Assembly: GCF_009914755.1 (NCBI RefSeq)
Contig: NC_060947.1
Reading direction: 5' to 3' (one strand)
Source: the human T2T-CHM13v2.0 reference genome, Homo sapiens
Length of the DNA stretch: 64,000 bases
Numbering within the stretch: position 1 is the stretch's first letter; each line of letters begins with the position of its first letter. The translations under genes were made by a program, and so were the position numbers. The notes under the pieces are model-generated. The model saw only the letters and a list, made by a program, of their open reading frames with translations, was not told the DNA's origin and did no database searches. Below, piece by piece: positions 15,753 through 30,949 of the stretch.

Positions 15753-16147
15753 TGTCTTGTAGGTTAAATTGTGTCTGTCCCAAACTCATGTTGATATCCT
15801 GTCCCCTTAGAATGTAACCTTATTGGGAGATAGGGTCTTTACAGAGGTAATCAAATTAAAATGAAGACATTAGAGTGGGCCCTAATAAAAAAGGACTTGA
15901 TTCCCTATGAAAAGGGGAAATTTAGAGACAGGTATCGAGGGAAATCACCAAGTAAACATAGACAGCTAACAAGCCATGGAGAGAGGCCTGGAACAGATCC
16001 ATCCTTCAGAGCTCTCAGAAGGAACCAATCCTGCCTGTACCTTGATTTTGGACGTCACACCTCTAGAACTGTGAGACAATAAATTTCTGTTGTTTAAGCC
16101 ACACAGTTTCTGGTACTTTATTATGCCAGCCTTAGAAAATGAATACA
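15753..16147 (+). mobile_element. MLT1 (MaLR) solo LTR
   Basis: TG...CA ends, gaatgtaaccttattgggagatagggtctttacagaggtaatc, and a 3' end gaactgtgagacaataaatttctgttgtttaagccac...gaataca. Confidence 0.88.
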
Positions 16148-17562
16148 ATATCTAATCCAACAATGCAGAAAAAGTCTGATATATTACAAATGAGAAGGAT
16201 TAATATTCCTTGGATGCAGAGTAACTTTTTTGTTAAAAAATTAATGTAATTTAGTACATTAACAAAAAAGGGAAATAAATCATAAGATTATCTCAGTAGA
16301 TGCAAAAATTTGACAAGTACAACAACCACTAATAATTTTAAAAATCTTCGTAAATTAAGGATAGCAGGGAACCTCTTTTGATGAAGAATGTCTACAAAAG
16401 TTGTACAGCAATGCTTATAGTTGATGGCAAACTATTGAAAGCTTTCCCCCAGAAATTGGGAATGAGACAAGGATGCTTGCTCTCACACTTCTATTCAACA
16501 TAATAAGGGAAGTTGCCAATGTAATAAGTCAAGAAAAAGAAGTAAAATGCACACAGAATAGAAGAAATAAAAAAGAATACAGACTGGAATGGAAGAACTA
16601 AAAGTGAGAAAACTCAAAAACATATACAGATAAAATTAGCAACATAAAAATGCAAAAAATCAATTATATATGGCAGAAATGAACACATAGAAAATGAAAT
16701 GTTAAAAGATACTATTTACAATAGCATTAAATACCTGGGGAAAAAAAACCCATCAAAATATTTACAAGTCCTCTACACTAAAAATTACAAAACATTCTCA
16801 ACATAGATAAAGAAGACCTAAATAAATGTTTAGGGATTTTTAAAATAAATTTTAAATTAGGGAAAATTTAATGTTCAGCGATGGCAGTTCTCCTCTGCTT
16901 ACTTTATGGACCGAATACAATCACGGTCAAAATCCTAGCAGATTATTTTATTAATTTATTTTTGGGAGAGTCCGACAAACTAAATCTAAAATTCATATGG
17001 TAATCAAAGGGCCCAAAATAACCAAGGCAGTCTTGACAAAAAACAAAGCGGGAGGATGTTCACTCCAGATACCAAGATCTATTATAAAGCTCTAATGATT
17101 ACAACAGTCTGGTGTTGATGCACAGGTAGATAAACTGATCGGTGAAACAGAATAGCCCCAAAACAATCTGACACACACATGGTTATGTGATTTATGACAA
17201 ATATGACATTATGGTGCAGTGGGAAAAGAATAGTTTACTAAATGGTGTTGAGTGTATTCATTATACAGATTGAAAAAGGCATGTCTGTACTATACTTCAT
17301 AGAGTATACAAAAAACACTTCCAGATGGATTTCAGTACTAATTATGATATGAAAACCACTGTAGTTTTAGGAGAAAACATAGGAAAACATCTTCATGATT
17401 CTGTAGTAGTCAGAGATTTTCGAACAGGATATGAGAAACACTACCCAATAAGGAAAGAAAAATGACACAGTAGGGCATATGAGAATCAAGAACTTCTGTT
17501 CATTAAAAGACACCATTAAGAAAGTAAAAATGCAACCCAGAAACTGTAAGAAAATATTCTCA
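16148..17562 (+). mobile_element. Old L1 ORF2 fragment continuing after the MLT1 insertion
   Basis: RT-region text (gaaagctttcccccagaaattgggaatgagacaaggatgcttgctctcacacttctattcaac) alignable to the L1PA at window start. Confidence 0.82.
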
Positions 17563-17810
17563 GGCCAGGCATGGTAGCTCACGCCTGTAATCCCAGCACT
17601 TTGAGAGGCCAAGGCGGGTGGATTGCTTGATGTCGGGAGTTCGAGACCAGCCTGGCCAACATGGCGAAACCCTGTCTCTACTAAAAATACAAAAAGTAGC
17701 AGGGCGTGGTGGCACGTGTATGTAATTCCAGCTACTCGGAAGGCTGAGGCAGGAGAATCACTTGAACCCAGGAGGTGGAGGTTGCAGTGAGCCAAGATCA
17801 TGCCACTCTG
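17563..17810 (+). mobile_element. AluS lacking its 3' end and A-tail
   Basis: Starts ggccaggcatggtagctc and stops at gccaagatcatgccact, running directly into L1 sequence. Confidence 0.92.
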
Positions 17811-17814
17811 CAAA

Positions 17815-18690
17815 GGCAGCCAAATCAAAGATAGACAAATGAGATTTTATCAAGGTAAAAAGCTTCATGCAGAAAATAAAACAATCAACAGAGTGAAGTG
17901 ACAAACTACAGAATGGGATAAAATATTTGGAAACTGTCCATCTGACAAGGGGTTAATAATCAGAATATGTAAGGAATTCAACTTAATAGCAAACAAAACC
18001 AAAAACAACCCAAATGATCAAATTTATTTAAAAATGGGCAAATGATCTGAAAAGACGTTTCTCAAAAGAATATATACAAATGACCAACAGGTATAAAAAA
18101 TGTTCAACGTTACTAGTCATCAGAGAAACGCAAATCAACACCACAATGAGATATCATCTCATCCCAGTTTACACAGCTTTTATTAAAATGGCAGAATAAC
18201 AGATGCTAGTGGTGAAGATATGGAGAAAGGGGAACCCTTGTACATTCTTGATGGGATATAAATTAGTATGGCCACTACGGAAAACAGTACGTAGTTTCCT
18301 CAAAAAATTAAATATAAAACTACCATATGATCCAGCAATTCCACTACTGGATATATATCCAAAAGAAAGGAAATCAATATGTCAGAGAGATACCTGCACT
18401 CCTATGTTTATTGCAAAACTATTCACAATAGCCAACATTTGGAATCAGTTTAAGTGCCCATGAATAGATGAATGGGTTAAGAAAATGTGGTATGTATACA
18501 CATGCAATATTATTTAGCCATAGAAAAATAAAAAAATCCTGCCATTTACAGAGAGATGAACAGAACTGGAGGTCATTATGTTATGTGAAATGATCCAGTT
18601 ATCTTGATTTGATCATTACACATTATATGAATGTATCAAAATATCACATGCACCTCAAAAATATGTACATCTATTATGTATCAAAAAAGA
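17815..18690 (+). mobile_element. L1MA-type 3' end with an internal 3' UTR deletion near 18598
   Basis: ORF 18203-18463 (KLPYDPAIPLLDIYPKE...DTCTPMFIA) is ORF2 C-terminal; ends atgtacatctattatgtatcaaaaaa. Confidence 0.87.
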
Positions 18691-19996
18691 CTTAGTTAAG
18701 GGCATTTTCACTGCAGTTCTATAAGTATTTTATGTCAAAGTATAGAAATTTTTTTTTTGGCTTGACATGATTATTCAGATTAAGCTGAGACAAATTCCAA
18801 AACTTAACAACTGTTATACTTTGGTAATGGGCCCTAGCATTGTGTGCCACATTTTAAGTCCTTAATAGTCACTTGTGCAATTTGTTGGGACAAACTTGGG
18901 ACTTGTTAAATGTGTATCTCACTGTTGCTTTGTTAGCCTGATCAAAATTGGGATTTATACTCGAATGGTTCTCATTATTTTCACTGAAAGTGACAATTCT
19001 TTCTGCCTCCCTGGTTTCCTAATAGGCATTAAAGACACTGTGCATGGACTTGCATTACAGTGTTGAGTAAAGTTGAAAAAAAAAATCAGTCATTTGTCTT
19101 GTAGCACACTCATTAGTTCAGACCCATATCCCTGCTAACAGTTCTGATTTTCACATGTACTATAAATGGCCTAAATAGAAATGGAAAAAAAAAAAAACCT
19201 CTGGGCTGAACAAAACTATTGCTTTTATTGAGATTTTGTGCTATCAATGTCATTTGTAAAAATCCCCTGCCTCTTTTGATTAAATAAACAAGTTATAAGT
19301 ACTGTAAGCTAATTCCCAGCATAGAGGGAAATCAACTGGGTGAACGCTGAGTATTTCTTTCCAACTATATTGAGGAAAAGGAAATCTATAAGTTAATTTG
19401 TCTCAATGAGCATTTTCTACTTCATTCCTTTGTATTTTAGGTTGCATTGCATTTTACGTTTTACTTCTCTCAGTTGTCAATGTTGTAAACTTCCTTTTTC
19501 AAGTCACCAGGTAGTAGATTCTTTAGTGGATATAAAATAATTGTAAAGAAAAAACTGAATAATTAGAGTGAAGAATCAACTTTCTAAGAGCATACAAATG
19601 TTATAAACTGAGTGGTTTGCAGAAACCTGGTATTCCATCTCCATGCTCACAACTTTAGTTCCTGGTTTCCTGTTTCTCTTAGTAAAACACTGTATCTCCT
19701 TCCTTGTACTTTCTGGTACCCAGAAACACCTTCAATTTTAAAAATAATGTTTTAAAGTAACATTTTTGCTTTCTGCAAAAAAATTCCTCAAACATTGCTA
19801 AAACCTGGTATCAGATAGATAAAATTGAGCCTGCATAGTTGTTTACCAATTGATTATATCATGTGATATCTGGAGGACTAGATGATTAAAAAAAATTGGT
19901 CTTAAATTTTATCAACATGAAGACCTAGTCAAATATATGTTCCAGGGTCTTCATTGCCAGTAGAAGTTTGCCAGTTTGGAAAATACTGTAATCAGA

Positions 19997-20460
<464 letters not shown>

Positions 20461-21759
20461 TGTGGTTCCGTATTAAGGTGGCACAACTTAGAAAAATAGT
20501 GTGCCCCATAAATTCTCCTCACTTATGATTTCTCTTGTGACAATATCAGTATTCCTCCTTATATAGCCATTAATGTATTTTGCCCTTTTTTCCTTTCATT
20601 TAATCAGTTTATATTTAGGTATATTTAAATGAACATGTCATTTTTGAGCAATTCACAGAAGGAAATGAACATGGCATTGCTCTTCAGATTCATTTCTTTC
20701 TTTCCTCCCTTCCTTTGTTTCTTTCTTCCCATTTCCATCTCTTCCTCCCTCCCTCCCTTCCATTTTTCTTATTTCTTTATTTTTGTCCTTAGTTTAACAA
20801 AGATATATTAAGCATATACTATGAACGCTAGGCTCAAAATAAAAAGAAAGAACACAGGCTTGGCCTGAAAGTCACTTAGAGCCTGACTGCTTTCTTTAAC
20901 AGGTTCCTTAGGCTTACACGGTAAAAGCCTGGGTTTGTTTAGCAGGTTCTTTACCTTGGTTGAGATTTTGAAAATTAAGAGGACCATATTCAAAGTCCTT
21001 CAAAGCATTCCAAAGCATTTTTGTAATAATATACATATATATTATTATAAGTAACTCCAACGTAAAGATCAGCTCAATCACAGAATGAGCAAACTTTATT
21101 AGCTTGGTTTGCTTTCTTCACTATACTTATTTTAAAATGAGAAAACTCGTGAGAATATTCTTCAACACAGCAGAATCATCTTTGCTCTAGTCCCAATTCA
21201 TGTGTTTTTCTGCATTTTTGCCCTATAATTATAATGCCACACTCTAGCTCCTTTTCATTGTATGTTTTGGCAAGGAATCAGTAGAAAATGTGAGAATTAA
21301 ACATTCTATCTAAGATAGTTGTTATTTTTCGACTCATAGTCTAAGACCCTTTTTATCAATGATTTATAAGAACATGAGGAAATTTAGTGGTATTAATTCT
21401 GTGCTGATATCAAGAGCTTCGAACTTAAATTTTTGTAGCTACATCTCTGCTTTAGTGAGAGAGTTAAGTGATTTTGTGAGATAGATAAATTATTAGATGA
21501 ATTAGGTTTCAACCGAAGTCAGAGTTGCTGTTTCATTTTATAAAGTCAAATGGTTTTTGTTTTGGCAGAATTTAGATTTGCTGCCCTTCATGCTTATTTT
21601 TGCCTTAGAAATTTGAAATGGCAACTGAATACTAGGTTTCTAATGAGATATTTATTTCTAAGATGGCTGCAGGGCTATCAAACTGGAAAAAGAACTACCT
21701 TCTGGCAAGGTGGTCACTGCATAAGGTTAGGGAATTCGAAAGTTCTGTTCTCATTATGC

Positions 21760-21920
21760 TTTGGACAGTGTTGCAATCATAGTATATTTTTACCATTTTA
21801 AAGTGCTGCTCATCATTAAAAAATACTCCTAAAGTCTTAATAGCTTCATGTGACCCAGGAAGGACTACTTTGTTGTCTGAGAATCTGGGCAGGTGGTTTT
21901 TGCCAGACCATAGGATTTGA
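21760..21920. repeat. Copy 2 of the local duplicated block
   Basis: taccattttaaagtgctgctcatcattaaaaaata...gccagaccataggattt aligns to 20320-20458 with a ~10 bp indel. Confidence 0.88.
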
Positions 21921-22549
21921 TTTAGATATTGTAGCATAGAAGTAAAGTGTTTTATGTGAAGCAGGAAAGAAGACTGTGCTTCCAGGAGCAATAATTATTA
22001 GATATAAAGCATTTGAGGAAGGAAAAGAGTAAGACAACACTGGGGTAGAAAAGGAATAGGTCAAATCAGAGGTTAGGTGCATAATTTTTAGGAAATATCA
22101 TAAAATAAAACCTGCATGTTTCCGACTGCTTTGAGCTCCTATACCACGCTAAATAATACCAGCTCTCTTTTTTTTCTGAGTGCTTATATATGAGAATATT
22201 TGTATACTGCAAAGTTGATAAGCCTTATTTTGACCACATATAGAAACAAATGAGTGTACATAAGGGGAAAAATCAGAAAGAGAGAGCGAGAGAAGGAAAG
22301 AAGGAAGGAAGGAGGAAACGAAGGGACGGATAGAAGGAAGGTACAAGCTGTAGGATTGCCCTCTGTACTTTTATTCTGTAGCACTGATGTTCAGAAACTG
22401 GAAGCTAATCTAATTTTAAATAAAATTATTCAAATAAATTTTGTTTGAAGTTAACAGGAAAAAAAATAGGTAAAGATAAAGTACTTGCTAAATTTCACTC
22501 CTCAGAGATAATGGCTTTTGACTTTTTTTTTTTTTAGGAGTTTAAGATA

Positions 22550-23580
22550 TTCCTTAGTAACTCTAAAAGAATACATTTGCTTCTCCCTCTGTTTTTTGAT
22601 TTATCATATTTAAGCACTATGCATTGACTCTATGTTATGAAAGAGGAAGATTAGCTTCCTTATGCCATATATCACCCTCCTCATCTATATATGGGTTAGT
22701 TAAATTCAATTTTTGGTTTCTCTTGTTACATTTCATAATTTACATAAACATACATTTCTTTCTTTATCAATTTTAGAAAGTGTCTCTTGATCCCCTTCTA
22801 TGTCAAATGAAAAACATAGCCCCCTCTCACCACTTCCCTTCAGCTTTACTCTTGTACCTCTGACTTTCTATCAGTTATAACACCACTTTCATGTTGTCAA
22901 AGTATATAAGATGTGTATTCTGATTATTCATGCTATGGGTCACTTCTAATAATAAATCAAAACTCAGAAATGACATTTACAGAATCCAGAAATGTGGCTT
23001 CCAACGTCCCTCTGCTTAAGGGGAAAGAATGGAGCAAACTTGTGGGTTCTTTGGTAAAGGTACCCATAACCTCTGCCCTCATTTCACTGGGAAGCACTTA
23101 GTGATGTGATCATACCTAACTTCAAGAGGAGTTGGGATGAATGCTAATCTGAGAAATCCGGTTTGTGTCTCATTTGGCACGTGCACACATGTATGTGTAT
23201 GTGTAGGATCAATTCCCAGAGGTGGGAGTTGTTTGGTAAAACAGTGTATGTATTTCTAAATTAGACAGATATTGCCAGATTGCTCTCCATAGGGGCTCTC
23301 CCAGTTGATACCCCCACTCACAGTATATGAGAATGTATGTATCATCGTATTTTCAAAGTAGATACGTTCTTAAAATATTTGATTTCTGCCAATTGAAAAG
23401 ATGAAAAATGGTATATTAGTAGAGTTTTAATCTGCACTTTTATTTTGAGTGAGGTTGAGCATCCTTTTATATGTTTAATAGCCATTTGAATTTCTTTTTT
23501 TGTGAACTGCCTGGTCATATCATCTGCCTACAATTCTTAATAGGCTGTTGGCTTCTTGCTCAGTTGTAGGATCTCTTCAT
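22550..23580 (-). mobile_element. Decayed old L1 fragments
   Basis: atattgccagattgctctccatagg and gagtgaggttgagcatccttttatatgtttaatagccattt are L1 ORF2 3' antisense phrases; the left part is less certain. Confidence 0.6.
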
Positions 23581-23940
23581 GTATGGGAATGATTAAAATC
23601 AATGTGTATTAGCGGCATTTGTCAGCAGTGAGCTAGAAATGAATACACTTTTTGCCTTGAATGAATGAAGGTAAGCCCGTTTCAAGTTCTTGCCATTTTT
23701 AATTGAAGATATAATACTATATTTTGTAGGATGAGGCACATATTTGAGGAACAGAGGGTGCACATTTGTATATAGAACTTGTCCAAAGTTGGAGGAACTA
23801 GCTTCACCTTTAATTATACTTCTCCTTTAATTGTGTTTCACAAAAGGAACACCTTTAATGTTTCCTCTTTATGTTTGTAATGAAGACAAGACAAACTAAA
23901 AATATATTGAAAAATTTCCCACTCTCCATTAAGGAAATAC

Positions 23941-24631
<691 letters not shown>

Positions 24632-27600
24632 GAATCTAAAGCTGGAGTGGGAACTTTACTGACAAATCAGATACTTCCCCAAAATTTAGAAGAATAATGT
24701 CATTAGGGTTCAATAGAAGTCAGAGTTGCTGCATAATCAATTATTAGTAGAAAAATATTGGAAAATTGCAGTGTATTGAAAGATTCAATGGTTATAATTT
24801 TAGGTATGCAATTTTCAATTCATTTACTTTGTAATTATAAATGTTATTTGAAAAACCCTACAATTTATAATGATTTTTTAAAAATGACTTAAAATGAGTG
24901 GAAACAAGTGATATTAAAAAGTAAAGTTACTTAAAATCAACATGTCTACAAAAGTAGTTCCTATAGCTTCAATTTATTCTGTTAATAGAGTGCTTTTTTT
25001 AATTTTTAAATTTTTGTGGGTATATAGTAGATGTATATATTTATGGGTTACATGAGATATTTTGATACAGACATGCGATGTGTAAATCACATTAGGGTAA
25101 ATGGCATATCCATCACCTCAAGCATTTATGCATTGTGATTCAAACAATCCGATTATTCTCTTTTAGTTATTTTTAAATGTACAATTAAATTATTTTGGAC
25201 TATAGTCACCCTATTGTGCTAGCAAATACTAGGTCTTATTAATTCTTTGTAACTATTTTTTGTACCCATTAACCATCCCCACTTCCACTCCCTCCTCACA
25301 ACTTTTCCCAACCTCTGGTAACCATCCTTTTACTCTGTATATCCATGAATTCATTTGTTTTAAATGTTAGCTTCCACAGATGTGAGAACATGAGATGTTT
25401 GTCTTTCTTTGCTTGGCTTATTTCACTTAACATAATGGCCTCCAGTTCCATCCATGCTGTTGCAAATGACAGAATCTCATTCTTTTTTATGGCTGAATAT
25501 TAAATTACTCCATTGTGTATATGCACCCCATTTTCTAAGTTGATGAACACGTAGATTGCTTACCAACCTTGCTATTGTGAATAGTGCTGCAATAAACATG
25601 AGAGTGCAGTTATGTCTTCTTCAGTATACTGATTTCCTCTCTTTTGAGTATATACATATGAGTGGGATTGCTGAATCTTATCGTAGCTCTATTTTTAGTT
25701 TTTTGAGGAACCCCTATACTGTTCTCCATAGTGGTTGTACTAATTTATATTCCCAAAAACAGTGTATGTGAGAGTTCCCTTTTCTCCAAATGCTCACCAG
25801 CATTTGTTACTGTCTGCCTTTGGATAAAAGCCATTTTAACTGGGGTGAGATGCTATCTCATTCTAGTTTTTGATTTGTATTTCTCTGATGATCAATGATG
25901 TTGAGTACCTTTTCATATGTGTGTTTGGCATTTTTATGTCTTCCTTTGATAAATGTCTATTGAAATATTTTGCCCATTAAAAAATCAGATTATTAGATTT
26001 TTTTCCTATAGAGTTGTGTGAGCTCCTTGTATCTTCTGGTTATTAATCCTTTGTCAGAGGGCTAGCTTGCAAATATTTTCTCCCATTCTGTGGGTTGTCT
26101 CTTCACTTTGTTGACTGTTTCTTTTGCTGTAAAGAAGCTTTTTTAACTTGATGTTAACCCATTTGTCCATTTTTGCTTTGGTTGCCTGTGTTTGTAGGGT
26201 ATTACTTAATAACTCTTTGCCCAGTCCAATGTCCAAGAGATTTCTCACAGTTTTCCTGTAGTGGTTTCATAGTTTGAGACTATAGATTTAAGTCTGTAAT
26301 CCATTTTCATTTGATTTTTGTATATGGTAAGAGATAAAGGTCTAGTTTCATCCTTCTGCATATGGATATCCAGTTTTCCCAGAACCGTTTATTGAAGAGA
26401 CCGTCTTTTCTCCAGTGTATGTTCTTGGCACCTTTGTCAAAAATGAGTTCACTGTAGATGTGTGGATTTGTTTCTGGGCTCTTTATTCTGTTCCATTGAT
26501 CTATGTGTCTGCTTTTATGCTAGTAACATACTGTTTTGTTTACAATAGCTCTTTAGTATTATTTGAAGTCAGATAATGTGAGTCTACCAGTTTTATTCTT
26601 TTTGCTTAGAATATCTTTGGCTATTCTGGGTCTTTTGTGATTTTTTTTTTCTATTTCTGTGCAGAATATATTGGTATTTTGATAGAGATTGCATTACATC
26701 TGTAGATTGCTTTGGCTCATATGGACATTTTAACAATATTGATTATTCTAATCCATGAACATGGAATATCTTTCCCTATTTTGTTTTGTATTCAATTTCT
26801 TGCATCAATCCTTTATATTTTTCATTATAGACATCTTTCACTTCTTTGCTTAATTCCTAGGTGTCTAATGTTGTTTATAGCTAATGTAAATGGGATTACT
26901 TTTTAAATTTATTTTTCACAGTGTTTACTGTTGGCATATAGAAATGGTACTGTGCTGACAGTGGCCATCCTTGTCATGTTCTGTATCTTAGGGGAAAGGT
27001 TTCCAAATTGTCCGCGTTTAGTATGATACTAGCTGTGGATTTCTTACATATGTCTTTATTATGTTGAAATATGTTCCTTATATACCCAGATTTTTTAGCG
27101 TGTTTATCATGAAGCATGTTGGATTTTATCAAATGATTTTTCATCCTCTGTTGAAATTATCAATTGTATATTTTTTCTCCTTCATTCTGTTGATAAGATG
27201 TATCACATTGATTGCTTTGCATATGTCCATCCAGCCTTGCATTCCTGGGGTAAACCCATGTGGTCATGATGAATGATCTTTTTAATGTGTTGTTGAATTT
27301 GGCTTGCTAGTGTTTTGTTGAGGCTTTTTGCATCAATATGCATCAGTCACATTGGCCTGTGGTTTTCTTTTTATATATATATGTTTTTGTCTGGTTTTGG
27401 TATCAGGGTAACACTGGCCTTATAGAATGAGTCTGGAAGTATTCCCTCCTCCTGTATTTTTTAGAATATTTTGAGTAGGATTTATACTAGTTCTTTTTAA
27501 AATATTTGGCAGAATACAGCAGTGAAGCCATTAGGTCCTAGTCTTTGTCTTCTGCCGGGAGACTTTTCATTATGGCTTCACTCTTGGATTTTGGATTTCC

Positions 27601-27870
27601 TTCTGGCTCAATCTTGGTAGGTTGTATATGTCTAGGAATTTGTTCATTTCTTCTAGATTTTCCAATTTATTGGCATATGGGTGCTCATATTAGCCACTAA
27701 TGATTCTTTGAATTTCTTTGGTATCAGTTGTAATATTCCTTTTTCATCTGTGATTTTATTTATTTGGGTCATCTCTCTTTTTCCTCATTAGTCTGGCTAA
27801 AAAATTGTCAGTTTTGTTCATATTTTCAAAAAACTATGTTTTTGTTTCATTGATCTTTTATATTGTTCCC

Positions 27871-28157
27871 TTTTTTAAATTTTTTGATTTTTTTTTAAAT
27901 TTATAGGTATATGGTAGGTGCATATATTTATGGGGTACATGAGATGTTTTGATATAGGCATGTAATGTGAAATTGGTACATCATGGAAAATGGGATATCC
28001 ATCCCCTCAAACATTTATCCTTTGAGTTACAAATAATCCAATTACATTCTTTAAGTTATTTTAAAATATACAATTAAGTTATTATTGGCTATAGTCACCA
28101 AATAGTCCTATCAAATAGGAAGTCTTATTTCTTTCTTTTTTTAATGTACCCATGAAC
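27871..28157 (-). mobile_element. Short L1MA 3'-end fragment nested in the host L1
   Basis: Second T-tail plus gtgcatatatttatggggtacatgagatgttttgata, paralogous to 25020-25270; host ORF2 resumes at ~28158. Confidence 0.85.
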
Positions 28158-29221
28158 TTTACTTCAATTTCATTTATTTCTGCTCTGATCTTCATTATTA
28201 TTGTTTTGTCTACTAATTTTGTGTTTGCTTTGCTCTTGATTTTCTAGTTCTTCAAGATGCATTATTAAGTTGTTTATTGAAGTTTTTCTTCTTTTTCGAT
28301 ATAGGCACTTATAGCTATAAACTTATGTAAATTTGTAATAATAGGCATAGAATAGTAGGCATATAATATAGACAGTTATAGCTATGAATTTATATAAACT
28401 TATAATAGTACTGCTTTCACTGTATCCCATAGGTTTTGATATGTTGTGTTTCTATTATCATTTGTTTGAATTTTTTTTTCAATTTTCTTCTTAATTTCTT
28501 CATTGACCCACTGGTCATTCAGGACCATATTTTAAAATTTCCATGCACTTGTATAGTTTCCAAAGTTCCTCTTGTTATTTTTGGTTTTTATCCATTGTGG
28601 TCAGAGAAGATACTGGGTATGACTTAGGTGTTTTTTTTAATGTTTTAAGACCTGTTTTGTGACTTTACACATGGCCTATCCTTGAAAATAATCTATATGC
28701 AAGGAAAGGAATTGTATTCTGCAACTGTTGGATGAAATATTCTGTAAATATCTATTAGGTACATTTGTTCTATGGTGCAGATGAAGTCTAATGTTTCTTT
28801 GTTAACTTTTTGTCAGTAAGATCGGTCCAGTGCTGAAAGTGAGATGCTGAAGTCTCCAGCTATTAATGCATTGTAGTCTATTGCTTCCTTTAGCTCTAAT
28901 AATATTTGCTTTATATATCTGGGTGCTACAATGTTGGGTGTATGTGTAGTTATACTTTTTGTATCCTTTTGCTGTATTGACCCTTTTATCATTATATAGT
29001 GACCTTCTTTGTCTCTTCTTGTACTTTTTGTTTTGAAATATGTTTTGTCTGATATAAGTATAGTGACTCTTGCTCTTTATTGGTTTCCATTGGCATAAAA
29101 TATCCTTTTCTATCCCTTTAATTTTAGTCTATGTGTATCTTTATAGGTGAAGTGTGTTTCTTGGTGTTATTTGTAGGCAACAGATCATTGGGTCTTTTTT
29201 TTTTAAATTCATTCAGGCATT

Positions 29222-30169
29222 CTTTTTTTTTTTTTAATTTTACTTTAAGTTCTGGGTTACATATGCAGAATGTGAAGTTTTGTTGCATAGGTATACATGT
29301 CCCATGGTGGTTTGCTGTACCCATCAACCCATCATCTACATTAGGTATTTCTCTTAATGCTATCCCTTCCCTAGCCCCGCCCCCGCAAAAAAAGGCCCCG
29401 GTGTGTGATGTCCCCCTCCCTGTCTCCATGTGCTCTCATTGTTCAACTCCCACTTATGAGTGAGAACATGTGGTGTTTGGTTTTCCGTCCTTGTGATATT
29501 TTGCTGAGAATGATGGTTTCCAGCTTCATCCATGTCCCTGCAAAGGACATTAACTCATCCTTTTTTATGGCTGCATAGTATTCCATGGTGTATATGTGCC
29601 ACATTTTCTTTATCCAATCTTTCATTGATGAGCATTTGGGTTGGTTCTAAGTCTTTGCTATTGTGAATAGTGCTGCAATAAACATATGTGTGCATGTGTC
29701 TTTATAGTAGAAAGATCTATAGTCCTTTGGATAGATACCCAGTAATGGGATTGCTGGGTCAAATGGTATTTTTGGCTCTAGATCCTTGAGGAATCACCAC
29801 ACTGTCTTCCACAATGGCAGGCAACGTACAGAATGGGAGAAAAGTTTTGCAGTCTATCCACCTGACAAAGGGCTAATATCCAGACTCTACAAGGAACTTA
29901 AATTTACAAGAAAAAAACCCAATCAAAAAGTGGGTGAAGGATATGAACAGACACTTCTCAAAAGAAAACATTTATGTGGCCAACAAACATATGAAAAAAA
30001 GCTCATCATCACTGGTCATTAGAGAAATGCAAATCAAAACCACAATGAGATACTATCTCACACCAGTCAGAATGGCGATCATTAAAAAGTCAGGAAACAA
30101 CAGATGCTGGAGAGGATGTGGAGAAATAGGGACGCTTTTACACTATTGGTGGGAGTGTAAATTAGTTCA
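29222..30169 (-). mobile_element. 5'-truncated, 5'-inverted L1PA (twin-primed) nested in the host L1
   Basis: Poly-T and antisense 3' end at 29222-29817, then a sense segment at 29818-30169. Imperfect TSD cattctt (29218-29224) / cactctt (30168-30174). Confidence 0.92.
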
Positions 30170-30949
30170 CTCTTATGTCTTTTTATGGGAGAGTTTAGTT
30201 CATTCACATTTAATGTTATTATTGATAAGTAATGACTTATTCCTCTTATTTTGTTATTTTTTTCTGGTCTTCTTTTATTTCCTTCCTTCCTTTATTTTAG
30301 CAAAGGTAATTTTCTCTGGTGGTATGATTTAATTTCTTGATTTTATTTTTGTTTATCCATTTTACTTTTTATTTGAAGTTACTGTGAGGTTTGCAAATAC
30401 TATCTTATAGCCCATTATTTTAAGCTGATAACAACTTAACACTATTTTCATAAACAAACAAGCAAGCAAAATGAAAACTGATGAAGACTCTATGCCTTAA
30501 CTTCATTCCCCACACCTTTTAACATTTTGTTGTTTCTATTCATCTTATTGTACTGTCTGTGTATTGAAAAGTTGTTGTAGTTATTATTTTTGATTGGTTC
30601 ATCTTTTAGTCTTTCTACTTATGATAATAGTTTACACACCACAGTTACATTGCTTTAATATTCTGTGTTTTTATCTGTGTATTTCCTATTACCGATGAAT
30701 TTTGTTCCTTCAGATAATTTCTTTTTGCTCATTAACGTCCTTTTCCTTCTGATTGAAGTACTCTCTTTAGCATTTCTTGTAGGACAGGTTCAGTGTTTGT
30801 GAAATCCCTCAGCTTTTGTTTGTCTGGGAAAGCATGTATTTCTCCTTCATGTTTGAAGGATATTTTCACAGGATATACTATTCTAGGGTAAAAGTTTGTG
30901 TGTGTGTGTATGTTTTTTTTTCCCTTCAACACATTTAAATATGTCATGC

